A stretch of 64,000 bases of DNA. It comes from Bugula neritina (lineage: Eukaryota > Animalia > Bryozoa). Location of the stretch: NCBI GenBank assembly GCA_964035545.1, contig OZ037766.1, positions 3,710,722 to 3,774,721 on the forward strand, written 5' to 3'. Shown one piece after another: positions 20,622 to 33,200 of the stretch. Both the position numbers and the translations under genes were made by a program. Within the stretch, counting starts at the first letter, position 1. Each line of letters starts with the position of its first letter. The notes beneath the pieces were generated by a model, which made no database searches, was not told the origin of the DNA, and saw nothing but the letters and a program-made list of their open reading frames with translations.

Positions 20622-23298
20622 ATGTCCTCTGTATTTGCCAATCAAAGTGAAATGCAACAGCCTCCAGTTTCAACCGTTGCACACCCTCACTATGATCAAA
20701 ATCAATATGGTTTATCAACCCATCAACAGCAGCCTATGCCAATTGGCCAGCAACAACCCCATATGAATCAACAAGCACCTCATATGGCACAGCAGCAACA
20801 GCGTCCTCATATGCCTATGGGTCACCAACAAAACACACACATGGGTCAACAAATGCCTAATATGGGTCAGCAAATGCCTAATATGGGCTCTCAACCTCCA
20901 TCTAGCATGAACCAGTCACAGTCCTCAAATATGGTTCAACAACAAGCATCCCACATGCCTCAACAACCAGTTTCTTATATGAACCAACAACCACCCTCTA
21001 GTATGAGTCAGCAACCCTCAAACCTTAGTCAACACACGACTAATATGACCCAGCAAATGTCAAGTATAGGGCAACAACCACCTAGCTTGGGCAGTCAAAT
21101 GTCAAATATGGGTCAACATCCTCCTAATATGGGTCAACCCTCTTCTAATATGGGTCAACCCCCTCCCAATATAGGTCAACACCCTCCTAATATGGGTCAA
21201 CATCCTCCTAATATGGGTCAACCTCCTTCTAATATGGGTCAACATCCTCCTAATATGGGTCAACATCCCTCTAATATGGGTCAACCTCCTCCTAATGTGG
21301 GCCAGCATCCTCCCAATATGGGGCCAAGTCATGGGCAAGTTTTAAATCCACAAGCAGCTTCACAGTCGCACATGAATCAGATGAACCCACAGTCAATGCA
21401 GGGTAGCTATCCATTAAGGAGTGGTGCAATGAACCCTGGTATGATGGGGCCAGCATCTCACAACCAACCCAACCCCTCCCAGCAACCACATTCAAATATA
21501 CCATTGTCCTCAAACAATGGCAACTCTTCCAGCTTGCCTCAAATGGCTCCACAAGGATCTGTACAAAAGGTATTTTGATACTGTGACATGCATTAATACT
21601 GTACTTATTTAAGTCAATTAAAAATATCGAAAGAAATTTTTACATTTGTACTGAGAGTATCTTAATTTGAAAGTGTTCTTGATACAACAATTTAGTATGA
21701 CAAAAAACTTTTTTGCTGGAATAAATACTAGTTTCGAAATTACTCATTTGAGCGACAGTTGTTACATGAATATGAAATATCTTTATCGTTCAACACCATT
21801 TGTAAAATATTAGCATTTCAATTTTGCAATATAAACTGTGAGAACACTCTCATTCTGCCGAATAATTTGTTAAGGGAAGGGAGTAGTTCATTTGCAGTCA
21901 GCTACTGTGGATGACCCTGCCAAGTGTGAACTGATTTTGTAATCAACTGGCTTCATTGTATTTACATGGAAACATAAATTGACTTCCCTGCTAATTGAGT
22001 TGGTTATTTCACTACTTCAACTGTATGCCTTGACTGTATGTTGAAAACTAAAATGCATTGAAATGAGTGACAGTGGCATTCATTTATTTAATCTATAAAA
22101 GTTTTGCTAGATTAAACTTTCCAACGAGGGAAAAAATGCCAGTTGGCAAAAGCCTGTAAATTAGCTGATGGTTTGAAGTTAGCTGCCAAGATAGTTGAAC
22201 CTTCACAAAACTGCAATGGATTTATAAAAATTGTGTGTTTCTCATAAAACAGATGCTGGACGAGAATAACCAGTTTATTCAACTTCTATTGGACTACCAA
22301 GCCAAAGGGAGACACCATGAATGTGCAGAGTAAGTTGGTCTTGTCCCTACTAGCTGCTTGGAACTTTTTATCAATTTCAAGTTGTAAAAGTTATAGTAAC
22401 AATAAAAAGGTTAAATAGTAGTTTTTTAATGATGCTAGGCTTTAGAAATTTTACTTTAAAGTTTGACTGCGATTTTCCCAATTTCTTTCTTTGGTATAGA
22501 ACCATTCTTTTTTCTAGTTTTGTAGAGAATAATTAAAATACACAGGAAAGCTCTGTTCTGTACATATTTTGAGTAGCAAAAGTTGGTGTATTTTCTAGTC
22601 TTATGCTGTATTCACTATTCTGTAGGTACCAGAGACTTCTTCACAGGAATCTGGTTTACTTGGCTACGGTGGCAGACGCGTCCAATCAGAATGTGCAAAG
22701 CTCTGCCAACTCATCTGGCATTCCTCTATCTCCTAAGGTATTTCTTGAAGCTCCACATAGTTTCCTGAAAGTAACTTATTTCATGTTTCCTAATATTAAA
22801 ACTATCATTTCTACTGAATTATATTTTTGCCAATTCAAACTGACTCTGTAAAAGAGTAAGCTGAATGACGGTCACATGTTGGTAGGATGGTTTCAGTTTG
22901 TTTATTGACGCCTGGTTTCACACTTCCTTGATTAGTCATGAGTCTATTGACCGGCTATAGGTTTGCTATGCTATTGGCTAAGGAATCTAGCTGCATCCAC
23001 CACTTAACTCCTCTCCTCTCAACCACCTCGTCAGAGGTTTATAGTAGCATTGAAACCTTTGCGTCACCTTTTAAACTCAAAATGGTGTTTCCTACTAAGT
23101 GGGTAAAGAAATAAGTTTGTCCAAGAAATAGATTTGAAGTACTTCTTAAATTATGTAATTAAAAAAGGATTAAAAATGCAACTATACTTTGATGCAGCCC
23201 TTTTATTATTTAGCACTAGATCACATGACATTTTAGTCAGTTTCTCTGCTGTGTTTTAGACAGCTCCTGGCGGAGGCTCCTCGCTAACCTCTCAGTAA
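20622..23298 (+). CDS. SS18/SSXT (SNH-domain) family protein, BAF-complex subunit-like, ~391 aa, with a long N-terminal Q/P/M/N-rich region
   Basis: Exons 20622-21569, 22253-22329 (77 bp), 22626-22737, 23260-23298. The spliced product contains VQKMLDENNQFIQLLLDYQAKGRHHECAEYQRLLHRNLVYLATVAD, a clear SNH domain; the N-terminus MSSVFA resembles MSVAF of SS18/SS18L2. Confidence 0.9.
21105..21325 (+). repeat. Coding 21-bp tandem repeat encoding NMGQ(H/P)P(P/S) heptads (~10 units) in the SS18-like gene
   Basis: AATATGGGTCAAC(A/C)TCCT(C/T)CT units, in frame within coding exon 1. Confidence 0.93.
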
Positions 23299-24296
23299 CC
23301 CTCCTTGTGGAACTCGGTCAATGTTCATCTTAGATTCTGGTTTTCCTGTGATGTGTTGCACACTATTCTATCACAACCTGTATTTTAAAATGAACTTTCA
23401 TCACTTGATGAGGCTAATCATGCAGCTAACCCTTTACATTCAAGTATCGTTTTCAGAAGTATTTTCATCATTGTATATAAATCCAGTTTAATAAACATAC
23501 TTTGAATAGTTTTTACCCTTCAGTCGGAAGGTGTTTATGATCTGTCATTGAGATTATGTTATTTTTACTGATGGCAATTTGTAATTTTGTACAGCACATT
23601 ATTTTGTACATTGAGCCACTTGTGTATATGTAACGGTATTGGTACTTTTTATATAACATTTATTTATTATAATATACAGTAATAAAAAAATCCAAGACCA
23701 TTATATAAATTAGAAGTACTCCACAATAAAATTCCCATTTACGTACAAAGTGTGTAACACAAATCTGAGTTGGTAAAAGTGTTGAAATTACAAGAGATTC
23801 TAAAATTAAGTTTTAAATTTAGTTATGTTATAGGAAAAATTAAATGCTAGACTTTAGTTGTGTTTGAATAAAATATAGTGTCTAAATGGAAAGAATTTCA
23901 CCAAAATATACTGTAAAGTAAAAATATTGCAAAAAAATATGCTTACTAAGATTTGTTCTCTATGACTACTTAAAGTAGTCTGGACATTTTATAAACATAC
24001 ATCATAGTAAAACATTGTATTTTATACATCCAAAACCCATAGAATCTGGTACAAAATTGAAAATAACTTTGTATATGAATAAAGCTATAATAAATAAATG
24101 CTGATGTTGAAAAACGGAGTACTCCGTGAAAAGAAAATACCTAATTTTACAATTTGGCGAAAAATTTGTAGTCTACCGATGAGTAAATGGTGAATTAGAC
24201 AGACCTTAGTGATCAAACTAGATACCATGTCATGACTCTCGACTACTAATGAGGCTGAATGAAACATGGCTGATGAAAGCTAAATAAAAATAATCT

Positions 24297-27200
24297 TCAC
24301 ACGTCCTCTTCATCAAATGCATCATTATCATTCTGACTCAACATGAATACAACATGGCCGCTGGAACCACCAGCTGAGCTAGATTCTTCAGTATCAGAAA
24401 GTCCCGGAGAAGCGGGCGGTGGACTGTGTTCCCTTGCTAATCTTGAGTTGCTGAACTGAGAACTCATTGGAACTTTGCCAAATGGCTTTATCTCAACCTC
24501 CTCATCTGAATGCACCTCTTGGGTGGAGTCGGTAGCAGACGGACTAGAGACATCTGAGCTGGCGCCATTTTTTAAAATTTTAGGTGGGCTAGTTTCCTCA
24601 GAAATGTTAGAAGAGAGATAAGGGGGGCACAGCGTACCTTTCATAAGTAAGTTATTACTGCTGGTACTAGGACTATCTATCTGTATAGTTGGAACTAATG
24701 GAGCAGAGATCGTTACCATTTCTATATCACTATCCAACCGAGACGCTGAGTTGTTGTTGGACTTATTTAATTGATCATTAGTGTTGGGGGCGTCTGTGTG
24801 GGTGCTCGCTCTAGGTGACACTGCAGGAATGTGATTGTAGTCTAAGTTGTCCGCCCACGAAGGAATCTGCGAAAGCTCCGGAGTAGTATCGTCTGGTAAC
24901 AGATGTGTGGCCATAGAACACACTGGCTCACTCTCCTGGGGACAGGCGTCCCTTTTCCAAGGCAGTTGGCACTCTAGTGCCACTGGACTCATCAACTCCT
25001 TGACGTCTGAAACAAAACCCCGCAGCTATATCCAACGGCAATGATGTCCAAAAAACAAGAATGCAACACTTTTTATGAAATAATAGGTCAATGTATATGT
25101 ATGTAGGAAAACACACCGTTCAAATCGCGATCACTTTCTGACTTTGCAGTAAACTGAATACCCATTTCATCATCGGAATTGTCGTCACCGTGAATGTTAG
25201 CATGAGTTCCATTACTCGCTGCAATAGTAATATAAATACGGGGGCTTACAAGCAGCATTTGCAAAATTAGTATTCCATTCTCAAGAAACTTAGTGTTAAA
25301 ATATTGGATTCTCCTTAAATTAAACATCAACATTCATGATATGATCGGTCAGAAAATAAAGTAAATTCAACTTGCAAAGTTACGGCAACTCTGCAACTTA
25401 ACCTGTGGCTGGGCAAATGCTATTGACAACTTGATATCAAAATACTTAGCAGGAAGTATATTAGTCGTAAAAAACCAGTGAAACAGCTGATCATCAGTAA
25501 CTAAACAGAAACAAAAAATGATGTTAAGCAATGAAGCCGACCACCTAAACAACTGCAATTTCCTACTGAATATAAAATCAACTCACCCTGATCGTTGGGA
25601 CTAGCTATGTTAGCAAAGCTCACGTTCTTAGGTAGCCTGTGATTCTTATCAAACTTAGCCTGAGCTTTCTGTTTCTTTCTCTCCTGCAGATTGTGTTGAT
25701 GCTTACTGATCATGTGACGTAAGTGTAGTCTAGCATTGTGGTGGTAGTAGGCGCTGTTATGGTGCGATACGTCAACGTCATCTTCGTGAATCGTGTGCCT
25801 CTGGTGGTGCTTTAAACCGGCCAGCTGAGGGTAGAACGTTTCATTATTCAAAGTATATATAAAACAGCATACAACTTTAAGAACATGAGTATCTAATTGT
25901 CAGGTGGTTAAAGTATCAATTCAGTTAGACTGGATTTTGAGAGAGACATCACCAAATTAAACCTTCAAAATTCAACTAACAACTCAACTTGCTAAATGAA
26001 AATAATAAGATCAGTATGGAATATCTCATTACCTTAGCCCTAGGAGCTATCAAGTTTTCTTCAAGAAGATGGTGGGTTTTCGTGTCGTCTGCAATCTTTT
26101 TACTAAAGTGAGCGTCTAAAGCCTGGAGATCTACTACAGTGTCATTGTGATGCACATCAGCTTCACTGCCTCCTTGGCTGCTCATACTGTGAACACATAC
26201 AACATTACATTAACTTAAAACAGTCACTAGTGTTATGATGACAATAGCACAATTAGCTAGAGTTGGGAGTTGTCTTCTTTTATCCTTTCAATGCGCCTGG
26301 AATGAATACTTAGTGGCAGAGTTAACCAATGAGTCTCGAGTCAGCAGAAGTTTATTGAAGCTGCCAATAACTAGCAACATGGCAGCTTAGTAGAACTCAC
26401 TCTAATCAATCAGCTAGTTTACCATAAAGCAACACTCGGGCAAAGCTAGTATTGCTGAAGATAACACATACGTCTGCGAAAACCATGAATCACTTTACCC
26501 TTAAGCTTGTCAAAAACTCCCCTACCCCATATTGTACAAGACACACAAATATAAGTGAAAGGAAATATCTATCAAACAAGTTAGAAATGTGGTGTGAGAA
26601 AAGCTAGGTGCAGCGCTGTGGTAAACCTCCTCAGGTAGAGTTAATAACACACAAATAGAAACAAACAATATTATTGTCGCTCAACTTATAAATTGTTGAG
26701 CTACAAAACTCCTGTATAATCTTTACTACTAATGCTGGTTAAGTTATTCTTTAACCATATAAAAGTCATTGCGAAACACTTGAGCAGGATATGGACATAT
26801 CAGATGAAATTTGTTACGTTATTATGGGGAAAGTAACTTTGTAGTCAAAATTAAATTTAACAGCTCAGCATAAAGTTATGTTGTGCTTAAACACCATTCA
26901 CTGCAAACCACTGCAGTAGTTAATGAAATTCATTGTACCTCCAGTCTTTCAAATGAAAATATGCAAATCAGAGTATTTTAAGAAACTCTACAATAGGGCG
27001 ACTTCAAAACAAACTTGGCAAGATCTCATTTATAAAAAGCGTGGATATTTTAGAAAAAGCACATGATACACACGGAACAAAGAGCACGTCCAACACCCCA
27101 CCCACATGACTAATGTACAAAAACACTGCGCATGTTTTTGGACTGTAATTCATTACTAACCGTTGGCGAAGTTCCAAATCATTCTCTTTGAAACATCACA

Positions 27201-30200
27201 TTGATGAGTATAAATGTCGTAAATTCAGATAGAATGATATTTCATCATTGCAGTGGATTTTTAATCAATTTTGAACTAAATTATATCAAAATGTCGCAAT
27301 TTTAGTCTTACACCGACCAAAAATACTTGAAATTTATATGTACTAGATACAAGCTGTCCTAATATATGAGTATATTAAATTCTTTTTAAGAACTTTTAAT
27401 GCAATAAAATAAAAATTACTAACAACAGCTCAAGAATCACAAGAAGAGACAATTCCCAGGAAACTTATTGTTGTTGGTTGGGAAAGACTTACTGGTCGTG
27501 GAAAGAGTTGACCGACCAATTAGAAATGAGTCTGAGTAGAGACTGGCCATTGTTAGCTGGCATATTGGCAGTGCTGAAGCCGGAGTGCATGGTGTGCATG
27601 GCATCCTTGAGAGAAAGTTTAGAGTGGGTCCTCATGATGCTGTGCTCTTTTGTCATCTGCTTCTCTCTCAGTAAAAACTTCTTCAGATATTTGTTGTCAT
27701 AATATTCCCATCTACAGAGAAAAGATAAATCTTTACTACCATTCATATGCTAAGAAAAGGTTTATGCAAAATATTGCAATACTCTGTATTGGAAAATCAG
27801 ACAGAAATATCTTTCCTATTTATATTCAGACTTGTAAACTATTTTATAAAATTCAAATTCAAACTACCTTGAAGTTAATATCAACCTTACTTTATTCCAT
27901 CAACAGCTTTCTAAAGCGGATGATGAAATAAAATTATGTGTAACAATTTAATTACCATTTAAGCCAAAAATCCTAAATAAAATTGTAACCAATAGAGTAA
28001 AGGGGACATAAATCAATAGGAAGCTCCGAGTAATCAAACAAACTAAACCCACTTGGAGTCAAATGTTAGTCATGCCCAGCCCATAACCAGCAAGCACCTG
28101 CGGGCACTATTACTCACTTGTCACGGAGTGTGTGGTTGCCACGGTAACCAGTGATATCCTCCACAGCTGCCATCATGTGGTCCACCAACTAAAGTGCAGA
28201 AATCACTGAATACAAGGCATGAACTTTACCTGCATTTATTATATAGGCTTTCCAAAGATTATTATACCAACAGAATAGGAAAATGGCAAAAACAGTTGTT
28301 ATGTTAGAAGCATAATCTACTAAAAAATGTGGCAACTTATAAGGGAAACCAGCATATCCTTCTTTGTACAACTGATAAACAAACGACCAAAATCCACCCT
28401 AACACTTCGTGTAGCCATGAGAAATGCCCACATAGATTATGTTTTGACAGAAGCCTATTGACTGTATGCCAAGAGATGATCCCCAATACCAGGATGAGAA
28501 CAATGAGACAAACATCTCAGCATTGTTATGCAGTGAAAATTGGCATGTTGTGCAGGTGATTTAGTACATGTCAAGCGTGACAGTACTGTCAGCTTAGTAG
28601 TGGCATCTGTGGATAGTTATGAAAAGTTGTCCCCACAACACAATTCAAATATCTGTTTACGAATGAAGCCTGTGCAACACATGCGGACTATTGTAGTGGG
28701 GAATACCCGCATCACCACAATTAAGTGTGTATTAGAAGACTGGCTCTGATGTTAATATGAGTTTTCCAATTAGTAACAATATGTATCCCATGGAAGGTTA
28801 TATTCAAGTTATTACAGTTTTCTGTAACATATGCATACACTATGCTATACACACACTGTAACAAGTACTGTTACATACGCACACTGTTACATGTACTGTT
28901 ACATACACACACTGCTACACACCAACTGATATACCATATGGTAGCACTTCTCACCCTGACGTGTATTTGCTCCCCCATAGTACTGGATCCTCCCTGTTTC
29001 TTCTTCACTTTGAGGGCATTTACCAAGGGTTTAATTGTAATACCCTGTAAATACAAGACAGCATAAAGCATACAATGTTGATGACAAAATACATGCACCA
29101 TAATAATCTATACTAAAAATTTAAGGTTAGATGATAAAATACCAAAAATTATACAAAAAAATTACGAAATTATAACTAGCTGCTTACATATCATTTAAAC
29201 AAAAAATCAAGGAATACAAAATCTAGTACTACAACCATACACTTAAACAATGCGTTTATACTTGCATAAGTTAAAAAATTGAGACAGCCTCAACAAAAAA
29301 AAACAACTGGTGTGTTGGTGAATAAGCAGTGATATCTAACCTGTACAAACACTGTGAACATGACCACGAGTATAGTAGCAGTAACGAAGAGGTCCTTGTC
29401 TTTAAAATTAGTATCATCAATAAGTATGGCCAGAGCAAAGGCGATGGCACCTCTTAGACCACCGTAGGCCATGACAAACTGGTCCACAGCCTTCAGCTTG
29501 CTCACTCTGTACTTGTTAGCTATCCACGTCAGAGTTATCGTACCTACAGACCAAAAACTAGTTGGTAATTCATGAAAATTAGTCTTTTAAGAAAATTATA
29601 TACATTGAGCTCATTGGCGGCAAATCTTAAGTAGCACAAGTTCTTGACTTGTCCTTATAAAATTTGGTTAGAGACGCAGGTGATACCCTCAAGAGAGCAT
29701 AACTTCTTTTGCTAGAATTTCATAAAGCAATCCCTGAAAACATACTGACAATATGTAAAGACTCGGGTCACGACCTCTCACCTATAGCTCGGTAAACCAG
29801 ACACGCAACTATGGTGACGACAATAAAGACAACATCCCAAACATGGTCGTCCTTGACTGCAGACGTGCCCAGCATCATGAATATCACCGTCTCCGTCATG
29901 CTACTCAACATCTTCAAGAAGTATTTGATAGTTGTCTGAGATTTCTCCGAGATGTTGAATACGACGTAGTTTTTCATGACGATGCCACAAAAAGTCAGCC
30001 TGTAAAACACCAAAAAAAATGATTAAGCTGCAAAAATGAAGAAATTTTTTTTATTATATGAGAGAAATTATAAACCATTCATCAACTAAATATTGTTTCA
30101 AGTTTCTACCATAATGCCAGAAGCTATAACTAATAGCTCTGAAACTAAATTTCTTTGAAACAAAATCAGTGGGTATTGCCTCTGGTAGAAGGTACCATTT

Positions 30201-33200
30201 TGACCTAACATCTGAAGGCTACACGTGATTGCATATAAATAAACACCAATAATTTAAACAGTAGTAAGCATAATATGCTAATTACCATCCATGGTCAGTC
30301 TAACATGCTTTTAACAAAAACCTAAAAAAACTGGTGACTTGCATAAATTACCAATCTATTTCACTACCGACACTAATGCCAGCCGACCATCCGAAGAGGA
30401 ACTTAGATCCATCATAACTACGTAAAATGAATTACCTAAATAAACATTCGCATCATTCAGTCTATCTTTGCCAGTTTTACAACCAACCAAAATCAAGCTA
30501 TTTTTACTACTTTATTAATATCACAGTATGAAGTAAATACTTACGCCATAATTCCAGACAGGTGAAACATTTCGGCAGTGAGGTAGGCGAGGTAAGCGAG
30601 CAGAAAGACGAATATCGGCTCGATTACTCTAACGTGAGCGGTGTATTTGGTTATAAACGCACAAAATAGTCCAAACAGCACACCAATCAGGACACCACCG
30701 ATACCGACCACAAAGAACTGAAGTATTCCAGCAAAGATGTCGATAACTATCAGCTGATCTTGTAAGGCATAGTCCATAAACATGTGATAGAGAACCTGCA
30801 ATATATAATACAGTACCTACAATATATAATACAGCATCTGCAATATATGATACAGCACCTGCAATATATGATAGAGGACCTACAATATATGATAGAGCAC
30901 CTGCAATATATGATAGAGAACCTGCAATATATGATACAGCATCTGCAATATATGATAGAGGACCTACAATATATGATACAGCATCTGCAATATATGTTAG
31001 ATCACCTGTAACATATGATAGAGAAGCTGCAATATATGATAGAGTACCTGCAATATATGATAGATCACCTGCAATATATGATAGAGTACCTGCAATACAT
31101 GATAGATCACCTGCAATATATGATAGAGTACCTGCAATATATGATAGATCACCTGCAATATATGATAGATCACCTGCAATATATGCAGCCAGGATGCATA
31201 ACAGAACCTGTGAAGCATAAGATAGCTTTCTAGTTAGTCATAAACGCTTACAGTTCACAAAAATAACTGAATGTAAAAGTTAAGATAAATAAAAATGATG
31301 ATATTTTTACATGGAAATTGTGACATTGTTGAGTAATGGAACATTCACCCAATAAATTATCGACAATTTCTGTTAGCTTTACATGAAAGAGACGATAAGT
31401 AACACATCGAAACTGCTAACTTTAATTATAATGTATGGTTATAAAATCAGCAGTACATTCACCATGTAGTACCCTGGGAACCCTGGGCCTGCACTATAAT
31501 ATTCTGTCTACATCATAGTTCACAGGCTAGACAGAACAAGTCATCTAAATTAGACAAGTCACTTTTCTGTAAGCTGTACACATAATAATATATTGATTGC
31601 TGTAATCTTGATTGATTGTAATTACCAGCTGCGTGGGTCGATAGGTGCCGCTTATGTAACAACACTAGGAGTTGTCCTTCTAAATGTTCAACCACAAAAC
31701 AATGAGACCAAGACCAGAAAAAATGGCAGTTTTCAGAGTGTGGACAGACAATTAATGTGATGAAAGATGCAAACAACACTCTAAGAACTAAGTCAGCAGC
31801 TGCATGTGAATGAGAAACCAGGCAGAGGGCAAGCAGGGGTCAAATCTTGAACCAGCTAATCTAATAAAATCTGAGACAACACTATTGCAGCACTCGAAAA
31901 GGATAAGCCAAATGACACAATAATAATATAACTGGCAGATCGTGATACGCTTGGCTGAGTTTCAAAACATCCTCTGTTTGAGTCATCAACAGAGATATCG
32001 AACGCGCAATGAACAAAGTTGAAACACAAAACTAATTAAATTGAGAGTAGAGTCTTACCACAGTCACCGCGTCATTCAGCAATGATTCACCAAACACAAC
32101 AATGTGCAGTTGTTCGTTGACGTGAATCTCTTCGAATACAGCGAGCACGGCCACTGGGTCTACCGCAGAGATCAAGCTGCTAAACACCAGGCAGTGTAGA
32201 AGAGGTATTTCAGATGCTGAAACGTTAAGAAATCAGCCATTAAAACTTTCAGCTTCAGTCTGAATTATTTATCAATTACCTACCTGATATTTTAAATCTT
32301 TACAGGATATAACAATAGCAACTTAATTCTGACTCATCAACTTTAATCAACTTCAACACATGACGCTAAACTAAATCCTACAGTTAGTCAGACACCTGAC
32401 TATATAGTAGATTTAATCAACAGGTATTCAGATATGAACTAAAAACGGAGAATCTGTCCATGAAGCACATAAGACAAATAAGAAGAGTAGAAATATTCTT
32501 ATCTCGGTAATAAATTGAAACTACGCAATTATAATGAATCCATCAACTCTACTGATAGAAGTGATGTTGGTTTAGATAGCAGAAAATCTTTAGGTCATAG
32601 TTGCACGCAAAGTGATAGTTATTTGTTCCATGGATAATTATCACTGTTCTCAATTATCTCCAACTAATAGTTTCTGTTAGTAATTTAAGTGTAAAATACT
32701 AACAGAAAACAGGGCTAGAAGGCTGGTACAAATTCCAAATAGCTTACATTGATGTGTGAAATTAAAGTTTAACGTAATCAAGCCAGTAAATGAAATTCCG
32801 GTTGAACTCTAAAACTATCAATTTCACTTATCATAATATCATATCAGAAGAAATTTCTATGCTTACCATTGAATATGAATATTATCGTAATCTCTGCATA
32901 GTTTAGAGATGGAATGCACACAGATAACTGATATGTACTCACACGTTAGGCCAAGAGATGTGACTCCCCACAAAGTAAGGCCTATAGAGGCAGCGTTCCA
33001 GCACGTGCCGATGACAGCGTATAGCAAGATGGTGCCAATGTTGTTGAAAAATGCTCGGTTAGGCATAAAATACCCGGCGTCCAGAATGATGGGCGGCAAA
33101 AGAAACTGTAACAGACAGAATAATAACTGCTCTGCAATTGAACTTTAGGACATTACCACTATGATTAAACAAAGCTGCAGGGGATTAGCAACAATATTAA

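Noticed and set aside
21102-21552. Antisense ORFs with LTHIRRM repeats
   Set aside because: Shadow frames of the SS18-like coding repeat.
30784-31233. MIEHLQY heptad ORFs resembling a coiled coil
   Set aside because: Opposite-strand translation of the 21-bp acceptor-derived intronic array.
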